Shown here one piece after another: positions 9,105 through 18,982 of a stretch of 61,686 bases of DNA. Numbering within the stretch: the first letter of the stretch is position 1; every line of letters begins with the position of its first letter. The stretch is from Alphaproteobacteria bacterium (GTDB lineage: Bacteria; Pseudomonadota; Alphaproteobacteria; Sphingomonadales; Sphingomonadaceae). The position numbers and the translations under genes are program-made. Under the pieces are notes generated by a model, which saw nothing but the letters and a program-made list of their open reading frames with translations, was not told the DNA's origin and ran no database searches. The stretch covers positions 1 through 61,686 of the forward strand of contig JAUIJI010000001.1 in NCBI GenBank assembly GCA_030431435.1. The letters are read 5' to 3'.

Positions 9105-9548
9105 TCAAGAGGGCCGGCCAGCCTCGTCAGCAGCATCGCTGGCCAGGCGGTCGGCCCTTTCGTTTTCAGCATGGCCAGCGTGGCCCTTGACCCATTGCCA
9201 GCGCACCTTGTGCGGGGCGATGGCTTCCATCATTTCGCGCCACAGGTCGTCATTCTTGACCGGTTGCTTGGCGGCATTCTTCCAGCCGCGCTTGATCCAC
9301 CCGGCCAGCCATTTGGTCATCCCGTCGATCACATAGCGGCTGTCCGTGTGCACGGTGACCTCACAAGGCTCCTTCAGCGCGGTGAGCGCCTTGATCACCG
9401 CCATCATCTCCATGCGATTGTTGGTCGTTTCCGCTTCGCCGCCCGACATTTCCTTTTCATGCGCGCCCATGCGCAGGATCGCGCCCCAGCCACCGGGACC
9501 GGGATTGCCCTTGCAGGCACCATCGGTGAAAATATCGATCCGCTTCAT
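9105..9548 (-). CDS. rnhA: Ribonuclease HI
   Basis: [42 protein letters not shown] overlap with thrB. Confidence 0.97.
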   Translation of the reverse strand: MKRIDIFTDGACKGNPGPGGWGAILRMGAHEKEMSGGEAETTNNRMEMMAVIKALTALKEPCEVTVHTDSRYVIDGMTKWLAGWIKRGWKNAAKQPVKNDDLWREMMEAIAPHKVRWQWVKGHAGHAENERADRLASDAADEAGRPS

Positions 9549-10543
9549 GAGGTGAAGGGAGTGTTCCCGCTCGCCGCATAGAACTGCATGCGGCGGACGA
9601 AATCCATCGGGTCCTTGCGTGTCACCAAGGCGTCGGCAGGCGTATTGAGCCAGTCGAATGCGCGGGTGGAGACAAAGCGCATGGAAGCGCCGCGTGCCAG
9701 CATCGGCAAGGCCTCGCGCTCCGCATCGGAGAGCGGGCGAACACTCTCGTATCCTTCCATCAATGCGGCGGCAATCTCGGGCCGGAACTTGCGCCCGTGA
9801 TTGGCAAAGCACCATGCGGCATGCGTTACCGCCAGGTCGTAAGCGAAGTAGTCCGTGCAGGCGAAATAGAAGTCGATAAGGCCGGAAACCTTGTCGCCCA
9901 GCATCAGCACATTGTCGGGGAACAGGTCAGCATGGCACACGCCGCTGGGTAGGCCTTCGGGCCATTCGCTTTCGAAGGTTTCCAGCGCCTCGCTCACCAC
10001 TTGCGGAAGGGCAGGGTCGATCCGGGCCAGCCCGTCTTCACCGCAATCGGCAATGAGTTGTTGCCATGAGGCCAGCCCCATTGCGTTTGGCCTTGTGGCA
10101 TAATCCTGTGCGGCAAGGTGCAGTTCGGCCAGCGCCTTGCCCACAGCGCGTGCCTGTGCGGGTTCAGGGCGGTCAATGGAGACACCGGGCAGGAACTCGA
10201 TCAGGGCAACGGCCTTTTTCTCGCCATCAGGCTCGTCCGGGTCGACGATCATACGGTGCGTTGCGCCAGACCTGTCGTGGATCGTGGCAGGGACCGGACA
10301 GCCTTTTTCCGCCAGCAGGTCGAGCAAGCCGAGGAAGAAAGGCAAATCCTCCAGCTCGATGCGGAATTCGTACATCGTCAGGATGTAGCGCGCGCCCTTT
10401 CCGTCGCTGCCGGTGGTCTCGATCAGCCAGTTGGAGTTGGACACGCCTTCGGCGATGCCCTTGGCAGACACCAGCTCGCCGACATCGTAATGCGCGATAA
10501 GGTCGGCGAGGTCTTCTGCCGAAAGATGGGTATAGACGGCCAC
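9545..10543 (-). CDS. thrB: Homoserine kinase type II (phosphotransferase fold)
   Basis: MAVYT start, [22 protein letters not shown]; conserved ispH-thrB-rnhA order. Confidence 0.95.
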   Translation of the reverse strand: MAVYTHLSAEDLADLIAHYDVGELVSAKGIAEGVSNSNWLIETTGSDGKGARYILTMYEFRIELEDLPFFLGLLDLLAEKGCPVPATIHDRSGATHRMIVDPDEPDGEKKAVALIEFLPGVSIDRPEPAQARAVGKALAELHLAAQDYATRPNAMGLASWQQLIADCGEDGLARIDPALPQVVSEALETFESEWPEGLPSGVCHADLFPDNVLMLGDKVSGLIDFYFACTDYFAYDLAVTHAAWCFANHGRKFRPEIAAALMEGYESVRPLSDAEREALPMLARGASMRFVSTRAFDWLNTPADALVTRKDPMDFVRRMQFYAASGNTPFTS

Positions 10544-10550
10544 TGTGTGG

Positions 10551-11525
10551 CTACTCGGTCAGCTGGCGGGGCAGCTTGAAGACCATCTTTTCTTCCGCCG
10601 TTACCAGCGTGCGTTCCTGCACGATGCGGAATTCGCCCAGCCGGGCGATCACTTCGCGCACCAGCGTTTCCGGTGCGGATGCGCCTGCGGTAAGGCCTAC
10701 GGTTTCAACCCCTTCGAGCCACGCAGGCTCGATCTCGCTACCGCGCTGGATCAGCCTCGCCGGAGTGCCGCATCGTTCGGAAACCTCGACCAGCCGCAGC
10801 GAGTTGGAGGAATTGGGCGCGCCGATCACCAGCGTCAGGTCGGCCTCGGGAGCGATCTCCTTCACGGCTGCCTGCCGGTTGGACGTGGCGTAGCAGATGT
10901 CCTCCGCCTTCGGCGCGACGATATTCGGGAAGCGCTCCTTCAAAGCATCGATGATCTCCGCCGTGTCATCGACCGACAGTGTGGTCTGAGTGAGGAAGGA
11001 GAGCTGCGTGTCGGCAGGGATATCGAGCTTTGCCACGTCCTCCACCGTCTCCACCAGCGTCATTTCGCCCTCGGGCACCTGGCCGAATGTACCGATCACT
11101 TCCGGGTGGCCGCTGTGGCCGATGAACAGGATGTGCCGCCCCGCCTCGATCTGGCGTTCGGCCTGGCGATGGACCTTGGACACCAGCGGGCAGGTGGCAT
11201 CGACATAGATCATCTGGCGCCGTTCTGCCTCTGCAGGAACCGACTTGGGCACGCCATGGGCGGAAAATACCACCGGCGCACCTTCGGGAACCTCGTCCAG
11301 TTCCTCCACGAAGATTGCGCCTTTTGCGCGCAGTCCGTCCACCACATAGCGGTTGTGGACGATCTCGTGGCGGACATAGACGGGCGCGCCATAGCGTTCG
11401 AGCGCGCGCTCGACGATCTCGATGGCACGGTCCACACCGGCGCAAAATCCGCGCGGCGCAGCGATCAGTACGGTCAGCGGTGCTTTTTCGGCATCGCTTG
11501 TCGTCTCGGGAAAGGGGGCGTTCAT
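10551..11525 (-). CDS. ispH: 4-hydroxy-3-methylbut-2-enyl diphosphate reductase
   Basis: [39 protein letters not shown]. Confidence 0.97.
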   Translation of the reverse strand: MNAPFPETTSDAEKAPLTVLIAAPRGFCAGVDRAIEIVERALERYGAPVYVRHEIVHNRYVVDGLRAKGAIFVEELDEVPEGAPVVFSAHGVPKSVPAEAERRQMIYVDATCPLVSKVHRQAERQIEAGRHILFIGHSGHPEVIGTFGQVPEGEMTLVETVEDVAKLDIPADTQLSFLTQTTLSVDDTAEIIDALKERFPNIVAPKAEDICYATSNRQAAVKEIAPEADLTLVIGAPNSSNSLRLVEVSERCGTPARLIQRGSEIEPAWLEGVETVGLTAGASAPETLVREVIARLGEFRIVQERTLVTAEEKMVFKLPRQLTE

Positions 11526-11602
11526 ATCCGCGCTCCTAGCTGTTGTCGCTGCGCAGTGAAAGGGGTAGGGCACCTTTCAAGATAAGGATTCAAGGACCGG
11601 GA

Positions 11603-12253
11603 ATGAAGCTTCGTAACGCAATTATTGTCGCAGCATGCGCCGCAGCGGGTCTTTCGGCCTGCAAGTCCGAAGGCGACATCGTGGTGGAGCAGGGTGTCGG
11701 CATCACCGCATTGCGCTCTGTCTGCCCCGCAGTTGGCGTGGCGGACCATACCGGGGATATCACCGTTTTCTCGCCTGCCGATGCGACCACCGCCGATGCG
11801 ATCGATATCACGGCGCTGATCACCAATGTCCGCTCTACCTGTGACGAATCCGGTGCCGAGGTTTATACCAACGCGACCTTTGAAGTGCGCGCCTTGCGCA
11901 GCAACACCAATGGCGCGCGGACTGTTGAACTACCTTATTTCGGCACCGTGCTGCGTGGCGGCGATGCCGTTATCGCCAAGCGCGTGGGCACGGTTACACT
12001 GAATTTTGCCGATGGCCAGTCTCGCGCCAGCGCAATGGGAACTGCGGGCGCGGTGGTGAACCGGGCCGAAGCGACACTGCCCAGCGATATCCGCGACATC
12101 ATCACCCGCAACCGCCGCGCAGGCGATGAAGATGCGGCGATCGATCCGCTCACCCGCCCGGAAGTGCGTGCAGCGCTCGCTCGCGCCTCGTTCGAGCTGC
12201 TCGTCGGCTTCCAGCTGACCGAAGACCAGCTGGCTTACAACGCCACCCGCTAA
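11603..12253 (+). CDS. Hypothetical lipoprotein
   Basis: AAGGA SD, signal peptide with lipobox LSAC, two further Cys; divergent from ispH. Confidence 0.8.
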   Translation: MKLRNAIIVAACAAAGLSACKSEGDIVVEQGVGITALRSVCPAVGVADHTGDITVFSPADATTADAIDITALITNVRSTCDESGAEVYTNATFEVRALRSNTNGARTVELPYFGTVLRGGDAVIAKRVGTVTLNFADGQSRASAMGTAGAVVNRAEATLPSDIRDIITRNRRAGDEDAAIDPLTRPEVRAALARASFELLVGFQLTEDQLAYNATR

Positions 12254-12267
12254 TCCGCGTTGCCGCA

Positions 12268-12287
12268 GGGAAAGCACCCGCTTTCCC
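12268..12287. repeat. Hairpin between the lipoprotein gene and argS
   Basis: GGGAAAGC-ACCC-GCTTTCCC, 8-bp stem, no U-tract. Confidence 0.5.
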
Positions 12288-12317
12288 GGCGGGCGCAAAC
12301 AGGCTATCGGCCCCGAC

Positions 12318-14063
12318 ATGTCCGAGAACAACACCCTTTACGCCGGATTTTCGGCGAAGATTGACGCTATCCTTGCCGCGCTGGAAGCAGAGGCCGTGCT
12401 GCCTGCGGATTGCCCGCGCACCAATGTCAGCGTGGAGCCGCCGCGCGATCCCTCGCATGGTGACCTCGCCACCAATGCCGCGATGGTGCTGGCCAAGCAG
12501 GCGAAGACCAATCCACGCGCTCTGGCGGAAAAGATCGTCGAGAAGCTGGTATCCGACCCGCATGTCGTCAGCGCCGAGATTGCCGGCCCCGGCTTCATCA
12601 ACCTGAAGCTGGATCGTTCGGTTTGGGAAAACGAGCTTTCGCAGATCGCCGCACAGGGCGATGCCTATGGTAAATCCGCCATGGGGCAGGGCCGCCGGGT
12701 AAACGTGGAATATGTCTCCGCCAACCCTACCGGGCCCATGCACATGGGCCATTGCCGCGGCGCAGTGGTGGGCGATGCGCTGGCCAGCCTGCTCGAATCT
12801 GCCGGGTATGACGTGGTACGCGAATATTACGTCAACGATGCCGGCGGGCAGGTGGACGTGCTCGCGCGATCTGCCTTCCTGCGCTACAAGGAAGCGCTGG
12901 GCCATGACATCGGCGAAATCCCCGAGGGCCTTTATCCCGGCGACTACCTGAAGCCCGTGGGCGAGGCTCTGGCCAAGGAACTTGGTGACCGCTTCGTTGA
13001 GGAGCCGGAAGAGGAGTGGCTCCCGATTTTCCGCGCGCAGGCTGTTTCTGCGATGATGGACCAGATCCGCGCTGACCTCGCCCTGCTGGGCATCAGGCAT
13101 GATGTGTTCGCTTCCGAAGCCGCGCTGCAGCTGGCCGGAAAGCCCGCCGAGGCAGAGCAATGGATGCGCGCGCATGATCTCGTCTATGACGGCGTGCTGG
13201 AACAGCCCAAGGGCAAGGTGCTCGACGATTGGGAGCCGGTGGAACTGCCACTGTTCCGCTCGACAAAGTTCGGCGATGACCAGGATCGCCCGATCAAGAA
13301 GTCTGATGGCAAGTGGACCTATTTCGGCGCTGACCTTGCCTATCACATGCAGAAGGCAGAGGGCGCGGACGAGCTGATTGATATCTGGGGCGCGGACCAT
13401 GCCGGTACGGTCAAACGCATCAAGGCCGCTGTCGCTGCGCTATCCGAGGGGCAAGGCAAGCCGATCCCGTTTGACGTGAAGCTGGTGCAGATGGTGCAGC
13501 TGCTGCGCAATGGCGAACCGGCCAAGATGTCCAAGCGTTCGGGCAATTTCGTCACCATCGCCGACATGGTGGATGAAGTAGGCAAGGATGTGGTGCGCTT
13601 CTCCATGCTCACCCGCAAGCCCGATGCGCAGATGGATTTCGACTTTGCCAAGGTGGTCGAAACCTCGAAGGAAAACCCCGTTTTCTACGTGCAATATGCG
13701 CACGCCCGCATCTGCTCGACCATGCGCAAGGCAGCGGCAGAAGGCCTCGCCCCTTCGCCGGACCAGATGGACAGGATGGGTGATGACGAGCTGGCGCTGA
13801 TCAGCCAGGCCGCGCAGTTCCCGCGCGAAGTCGAAGCTGCCGCCAAGGCATGCGAGCCGCACCGCATCGCCTTCTACCTCTATGATCTGGCGAGCGCTTT
13901 CCATTCCTACTACAACCTCGGGAATGACGATGCGGCCAAACGCATCATCCTGGCACAGCAGCCGGAAGTTTCCGCAGCAAGGCTTTTCCTCGCCAGCCAG
14001 ATCGGGCAGGTATTGCGCAATGGCCTGGCCCTGCTGGGGGTAGAGGCTGTCGAGGAGCTTTGA
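12318..14063 (+). CDS. argS: Arginine--tRNA ligase
   Basis: [16 protein letters not shown] (HIGH-like), [15 protein letters not shown]. Confidence 0.98.
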   Translation: MSENNTLYAGFSAKIDAILAALEAEAVLPADCPRTNVSVEPPRDPSHGDLATNAAMVLAKQAKTNPRALAEKIVEKLVSDPHVVSAEIAGPGFINLKLDRSVWENELSQIAAQGDAYGKSAMGQGRRVNVEYVSANPTGPMHMGHCRGAVVGDALASLLESAGYDVVREYYVNDAGGQVDVLARSAFLRYKEALGHDIGEIPEGLYPGDYLKPVGEALAKELGDRFVEEPEEEWLPIFRAQAVSAMMDQIRADLALLGIRHDVFASEAALQLAGKPAEAEQWMRAHDLVYDGVLEQPKGKVLDDWEPVELPLFRSTKFGDDQDRPIKKSDGKWTYFGADLAYHMQKAEGADELIDIWGADHAGTVKRIKAAVAALSEGQGKPIPFDVKLVQMVQLLRNGEPAKMSKRSGNFVTIADMVDEVGKDVVRFSMLTRKPDAQMDFDFAKVVETSKENPVFYVQYAHARICSTMRKAAAEGLAPSPDQMDRMGDDELALISQAAQFPREVEAAAKACEPHRIAFYLYDLASAFHSYYNLGNDDAAKRIILAQQPEVSAARLFLASQIGQVLRNGLALLGVEAVEEL

Positions 14064-14067
14064 GCCA

Positions 14068-14739
14068 ATGAGCTTGCCGGGTGACGAGGACGAATATGGC
14101 AATGGCGCTGGCGATGCCGGCCAGCTGAGGCTGTCTGACGACGACGATGCGCTGCCCTGGCTCGAATCCGACGAGGAATATGAGGAAGAAGGCAATGACT
14201 ATCGCATTGTCATCTTCACCTTGCTGGCAGTGGTGGCGCTGGCAGCAATCCTGTTCGGCGTGAATTACCTGTTCAGTGATCGCACGGTGGAAAGCGACGT
14301 GGTGGCTGATGGCAGCACCATTGAAGCGCCGGATGAGCCGTACAAGGTGCGGCCTGACGATCCGGGCGGCACTGAAGTTGCAGGCACCGGAGACGTCAGC
14401 TTCCAGGTGGGTCAAGGGCAGGGCCGCGAAGGGCAAGTGGCTGATGGCGCTCCGACACCGTCGATCGATCTTGAGCAGGGCGAAAGCGAGACCAGTGCGT
14501 CATCCGGCGTGGGTGTGCAGGTCGGTGCCTTCCAGACCCGCGCAGGGGCGCAGTCTGGCTGGAACAGTCTGCGCGGTCGGTTCCCTGCCTTGCAGGGGAT
14601 GAACTATCGCATCATCGAAGGCACGGTGGACAGCGGTACGATCTTCCGCTTGCAGGCCGTCGCTCCCGATGTCGCTTCTGCCGAATCCCTGTGCCGCACG
14701 ATCCGCAACGGCGGCGGCGATTGCCAGGTGAAGCGCTGA
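14068..14739 (+). CDS. SPOR domain-containing protein (FtsN-like architecture)
   Basis: LPWLE cytoplasmic motif, one TM, C-terminal SPOR domain (VQVGAF...FRLQ...C...C); usual position between argS and nagZ. Confidence 0.88.
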   Translation: MSLPGDEDEYGNGAGDAGQLRLSDDDDALPWLESDEEYEEEGNDYRIVIFTLLAVVALAAILFGVNYLFSDRTVESDVVADGSTIEAPDEPYKVRPDDPGGTEVAGTGDVSFQVGQGQGREGQVADGAPTPSIDLEQGESETSASSGVGVQVGAFQTRAGAQSGWNSLRGRFPALQGMNYRIIEGTVDSGTIFRLQAVAPDVASAESLCRTIRNGGGDCQVKR

Positions 14740-14752
14740 TATTCCTTCCAAC

Positions 14753-14811
14753 ACTCTCAATCTTGTGTGTTTGAGGGTGGAAAACGCAGGTATATCCACA
14801 TCATCTAGTGG
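14753..14811. promoter_or_regulatory. Two imperfect 16-bp palindromes resembling NrdR boxes
   Basis: ACTCTCAATCTTGTGT (14753-14768) and CCACATCATCTAGTGG (14796-14811), 43 bp apart. Confidence 0.4.
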
Positions 14812-14856
14812 TTTCTGCCCTTGCTGGCAGGGCGCTTTCCTGCGAATTTCTCATTG

Positions 14857-15873
14857 ATGACGCCCGCGATTTTCGGACTGTCCGGTCTTACCCTGACCGA
14901 TGACGAACGCGCCTTCTTCAGGGAGGCTGATCCGGCGGGCTACATATTGTTTGGCCGCAATGTCGAGAATCGCGAGCAATTGCGCGCGCTCACCGATGAT
15001 CTGCGCAGCATCCACGGGCGCGAGCACCTGCTCATTTCCATCGACCAGGAAGGCGGACGCGTGGCGCGGATGAAGCCGCCCGAATGGGACACCTATCCGG
15101 CCGGATGGGCCTTTGCCGAACTGTGGAACCGCGCGCCTGCCAGCGCGATCGAGGCGGCGCGTACCAACGCCCAGCTTCTCGGCATGGACCTCGCCGAAGT
15201 GGGCATCTCGGTCGATTACACTCCGCTGCTCGATGTGCGGCAGGAAGGCGCGCATGACGTGATCGGAGATCGCGCGCTGGGCAATGAGCCAAAGTGCGTT
15301 GCCGCGCTCGCCCGCGCCATCCTCGAAGGGCTGGCGCGCGCTGGCGTGACCGGCTGCATCAAGCATATCCCCGGTCACGGCCGTGCCTGTGCGGACAGCC
15401 ACAAGGAACTGCCCGTCGTGACCGCCAGCGCTGAGGAACTGGAACATGACCTCGCGCCGTTCCGGAGGCACTGGCACGCGCCCATCGGGATGACCGCGCA
15501 TGTGCTCTACAAGGCGTGGGACGCGGACAATCCCGCCACGCAGTCCAAGCGCATCATCAGCGAGATCATCCGCGGCGAAATCGGCTTTACCGGCCTGCTG
15601 CTGACAGACGATATCGACATGGAGGCGCTTGACGGCACCATTCCCGAACGCGCGGAAAAGGCCATCGCAGCCGGGTGTGACGTGGTTCTCAACTGCTGGG
15701 GCAAGATGGACAACATGCAGGGGATCGCCGCGCGCATTCCCGCCATGTCTGCCGAGGTTTCCAAGCGTCTCGACACCGCGCTCGCCTATCCCGAAAACCA
15801 GCGGGTGGAGGCGGATCGCGGCGAACTGCTGGCGAAGCGCGATGCGCTGTTGGCGCTGGTGGAGGCCGCATGA
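14857..15873 (+). CDS. nagZ: Beta-N-acetylhexosaminidase (GH3)
   Basis: IDQEGGRVAR, KHIPGHG...DSH, LTDDIDM. Confidence 0.95.
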   Translation: MTPAIFGLSGLTLTDDERAFFREADPAGYILFGRNVENREQLRALTDDLRSIHGREHLLISIDQEGGRVARMKPPEWDTYPAGWAFAELWNRAPASAIEAARTNAQLLGMDLAEVGISVDYTPLLDVRQEGAHDVIGDRALGNEPKCVAALARAILEGLARAGVTGCIKHIPGHGRACADSHKELPVVTASAEELEHDLAPFRRHWHAPIGMTAHVLYKAWDADNPATQSKRIISEIIRGEIGFTGLLLTDDIDMEALDGTIPERAEKAIAAGCDVVLNCWGKMDNMQGIAARIPAMSAEVSKRLDTALAYPENQRVEADRGELLAKRDALLALVEAA

Positions 15874-16682
15874 CCGAGGACGGCATACTGTTCGGCGCGG
15901 ACGAAGCAGCAGCGGGCGATTCCGAGGAATGGACTGGGCCTGCTGCCCCCTCTAACAGCGACGCGGCGCTTTATCTCGAGCTCGATGGCTGGGAAGGCCC
16001 GCTGGACCTGCTGCTTGACCTCGCGCGGCGGCAGAAGGTCGATCTCAAGTCGATCTCCATCCTCGCGCTGGTGGACCAGTATATTGAATATATCGAGCGG
16101 GCAGAGGCACTTAAGCTGGAGATCGCCGCCGATTACCTGGTTATGGCGGCGTGGCTGGCTTACCTCAAATCCGCCATGCTCCTGCCCAAGGAAGAGCAGG
16201 AAGATCCCTCTCCCGAAGAGCTGGCGCTGCGGCTGCAATTGCGCCTCGAGCGGCTGAACGCGATGCGCGATGCAGGGGCGCGGCTTATGGCGCGGGACCG
16301 GGTGGGGCGCGATGTCTTTGTGCGTGGCGCGCCCGAAGGGCTGAAGATCGAGCGCAAGAACCAGTGGCAGTGTGACTGGTTCCAGCTGGTCCGCGCCTAT
16401 GGGCAGGTCAAACTGCGCACAGAGCCGGTGGTCCACATGGTGGCGGAACGCCCGGTGATGACGCTCGATTCGGCGATCAGCCGCGTTTCCGCCATGCTGG
16501 GCGTGAGCGTGGACTGGATGGAAATTCGCAGTTTCATGCCGGTGGATGCCGATCCGCGTCTCAAGCGATCCGCGCTCGCCTCCAGCTTCCTCGCCGCGCT
16601 GGAACTGGCGCGCATGGGCAAGGCGGAATTGCGGCAGGAAGAGACCTATGGGCCGCTGCACCTGAGGAGGATCACGGCGTGA
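15870..16682 (+). CDS. scpA: Segregation and condensation protein A (kleisin)
   Basis: WEGPLDLLLDL, ADYLVMAAWLAYLKS, FLAALEL. Confidence 0.96.
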   Translation: MTEDGILFGADEAAAGDSEEWTGPAAPSNSDAALYLELDGWEGPLDLLLDLARRQKVDLKSISILALVDQYIEYIERAEALKLEIAADYLVMAAWLAYLKSAMLLPKEEQEDPSPEELALRLQLRLERLNAMRDAGARLMARDRVGRDVFVRGAPEGLKIERKNQWQCDWFQLVRAYGQVKLRTEPVVHMVAERPVMTLDSAISRVSAMLGVSVDWMEIRSFMPVDADPRLKRSALASSFLAALELARMGKAELRQEETYGPLHLRRITA

Positions 16683-17401
16683 GCGAGGACGACCAGAGCA
16701 ACCAGCCGGACGACCTCGTGCGCGCGGTGGAAGCGACGCTGTTTGCCGCTGAAGAACCGATGACGGCGGACCAGATTTCCGCGCATCTCGAAGGTGCGGA
16801 TGTGCGAGAGGCCTTGCGCGAGCTGGCGGCGTTCTACGACGGCCGCGGCATTGCGCTGGTTGAGCGCGGGAGGCGCTGGCAATTCCAGACCGCGCCAGAC
16901 CTTGCCCACCTGTTGCGGCGCGAAAAGGAACAGCTGCGCCGGCTTTCGCGCGCGGCGACCGAAGTGTTGGCCATTGTCGCCTACCATGAGCCTGTCAGCC
17001 GCGCGGAGATCGAATCGATTCGCGGGGTGCAAACCTCCTCGGGCACGCTGGACGTGCTGATGGAGGCGGGCTGGGTGCGCGCTGCGGGCCGCCGCGAGGT
17101 TCCGGGCCGCCCGGTGATCTATGCCACCACGCCCGAGTTCCTCCTGCATTTCGGCTTGTCGAGCCGAAAGGACCTGCCGGGCATTGACGAGCTGAAAGCT
17201 GCCGGCCTGCTCGATCCGGTCGAGGATGCGTTCGATGATGTCATGGAGCAGCGAGAGGCCGAAGCAGAAGCAAAGGCCGCCGAGGAAGCGCGCGAGGCTG
17301 AGGACGCCGCCGAACGCGAGGCGGAGGAGGCTGACGCTTGGCCGGAGGAGGATATGACCGGCGATCAGCCGCAGGATGACAACCAATCGTCACACGCCTG
17401 A
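16679..17401 (+). CDS. scpB: SMC-Scp complex subunit ScpB
   Basis: VEATLFA, LAIVAYHEPVSRAEIESIRGV, PGRPVIYATTPEFL; acidic C-terminal tail. Confidence 0.96.
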   Translation: MSEDDQSNQPDDLVRAVEATLFAAEEPMTADQISAHLEGADVREALRELAAFYDGRGIALVERGRRWQFQTAPDLAHLLRREKEQLRRLSRAATEVLAIVAYHEPVSRAEIESIRGVQTSSGTLDVLMEAGWVRAAGRREVPGRPVIYATTPEFLLHFGLSSRKDLPGIDELKAAGLLDPVEDAFDDVMEQREAEAEAKAAEEAREAEDAAEREAEEADAWPEEDMTGDQPQDDNQSSHA

Positions 17402-17430
17402 CTTTCACTTTACATGTGAAACGCCTATAT
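17402..17430 (+). promoter_or_regulatory. Probable sigma70-type promoter for tatA
   Basis: CTTTCA-N17-CTATAT, overlapped by the palindrome TTTCAC-N7-GTGAAA (17403-17421). Confidence 0.4.
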
Positions 17431-17461
17431 CGGCCCCTCAACGCTTAAAGAGAGATATGTC

Positions 17462-17704
17462 ATGAGCCTTGGTTGGCCCCAACTCCTGCTGATTGCCCTG
17501 CTGATCCTCGTGCTGTTCGGCCGTGGTCGCATTTCCGAGATGATGGGTGATTTCGGCAAGGGAATCAAAAGCTTCAAGAAGGGCCTGAACGAGGATGATG
17601 TCACGACATCCGCCTCGACGCCCGCGCCCAGCCAGATCGAGAACAGCAAGAGTACTGACACCGCCGAGACCAAGCAGGCGGACAGTTCTTCGACATCGAA
17701 CTGA
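17462..17704 (+). CDS. tatA: Twin-arginine translocase TatA
   Basis: TM, LFG hinge, amphipathic helix GKGIKSFKKG. Confidence 0.96.
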   Translation: MSLGWPQLLLIALLILVLFGRGRISEMMGDFGKGIKSFKKGLNEDDVTTSASTPAPSQIENSKSTDTAETKQADSSSTSN

Positions 17705-17752
17705 TAGGCTGCACTCTTACAGGCGGGGCCTCGCGGCCCTGATTAATCGCAG

Positions 17753-18142
17753 ATGTTCGATATCGGTGCGCCCGAAATCCTGATGATCATTATCGTGGCG
17801 ATCGTCGTCATCGGCCCGAAGGACATGCCTGCTGCCTTGCGGGCTGCGGGCCGCTGGATCGGCAAGATGCGCCGCATGTCCGCCCATTTCCGCACCGGCC
17901 TCGATTCCATGATCCGCGAGGCGGAAATGGAAGAGATGGAGAAGAAGTGGAAAGCGCAGAACGAAAAGATCATGCGCGAACACCCCGATGGCGGGCCTGC
18001 CGAAATGCAGCAGACGGGTGCCTATCCGCCCCCTAAACGCACTGAGAAGCCCGCAGGCGATGCAGAAACCACACCTGCACCTGCTGCCAGCGCCGAAAGC
18101 GCGGCAACAACGCCACCCCCGCCCGAATCCAAGGCGGACTGA
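17753..18142 (+). CDS. tatB: Twin-arginine translocase TatB
   Basis: MFDIGAPE...VIGPKDMP. Confidence 0.96.
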   Translation: MFDIGAPEILMIIIVAIVVIGPKDMPAALRAAGRWIGKMRRMSAHFRTGLDSMIREAEMEEMEKKWKAQNEKIMREHPDGGPAEMQQTGAYPPPKRTEKPAGDAETTPAPAASAESAATTPPPPESKAD

Positions 18143-18145
18143 CGC

Positions 18146-18979
18146 ATGGCTTTCAAGCTCAAGGATCTCGACGATACGCAGGCCCCGCTGCTCGAGCACC
18201 TGATCGAGCTGCGCAAGCGGCTGGTGCGCGCGGTGATCGCGCTGGTGATTGCCTTTGGCGTGTGCCTTTATTTTGCGGACGAGATTTTCGGCTTGCTGGT
18301 GCGCCCGCTGACCATGGCTTTTCCCGCAGGCGAAGGCCGGCTGATCTTCACCCGGCTCTACGAGGCTTTCTTCGTGGAAGTGAAGGTGGCCCTGTTCGCG
18401 GCATTCTTTGTCAGCTTCCCGATCATCGCCAACCAGCTGTGGGCCTTCATCGCGCCCGGCCTCTATGCGCGCGAGAAGAAGGCCTTCCTGCCCTTCCTGC
18501 TGGCGACGCCGGTGCTGTTCATCATGGGCGCATCGCTGGCCTATTTCATCGTCATGCCCACCGCCTTCAAATGGTTCCTCGGTTTCGAGGGCGATGCCGG
18601 CGGACTGCAGAGCGAGGCGCTGCCAGCGATGGGCGATTACCTCGACTTGGTGATGCGCTTCATCCTCGCCTTCGGGATCAGCTTCCTGCTGCCGGTGCTG
18701 CTGATGCTGCTGAACCGCGCAGGGATTGTGGACCGCAAGCAGCTGGCCGCTGGTCGCCGCTATATCATCGTCGGTGTTTTCGGCCTTGCCGCGATCATCA
18801 CCCCGCCGGATGTGATCTCGCAGATCCTGCTGGCTACGCCCCTGCTGCTGCTGTTCGAAGGCTCGCTGATTCTGATGTACTTCAGTGAAAAGAAGCAGGC
18901 CGAACAGGCGGCTGAGGCTGATGCGGATGAGGACGACGAGAACGCCGCCGATGCTATCGAGAAGCCGAGCGAGAGTTAG
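18146..18979 (+). CDS. tatC: Twin-arginine translocase TatC
   Basis: PLLEHLIELRKR, FIAPGLY, ITPPDVISQ. Confidence 0.97.
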   Translation: MAFKLKDLDDTQAPLLEHLIELRKRLVRAVIALVIAFGVCLYFADEIFGLLVRPLTMAFPAGEGRLIFTRLYEAFFVEVKVALFAAFFVSFPIIANQLWAFIAPGLYAREKKAFLPFLLATPVLFIMGASLAYFIVMPTAFKWFLGFEGDAGGLQSEALPAMGDYLDLVMRFILAFGISFLLPVLLMLLNRAGIVDRKQLAAGRRYIIVGVFGLAAIITPPDVISQILLATPLLLLFEGSLILMYFSEKKQAEQAAEADADEDDENAADAIEKPSES

Positions 18980-18982
18980 GCC

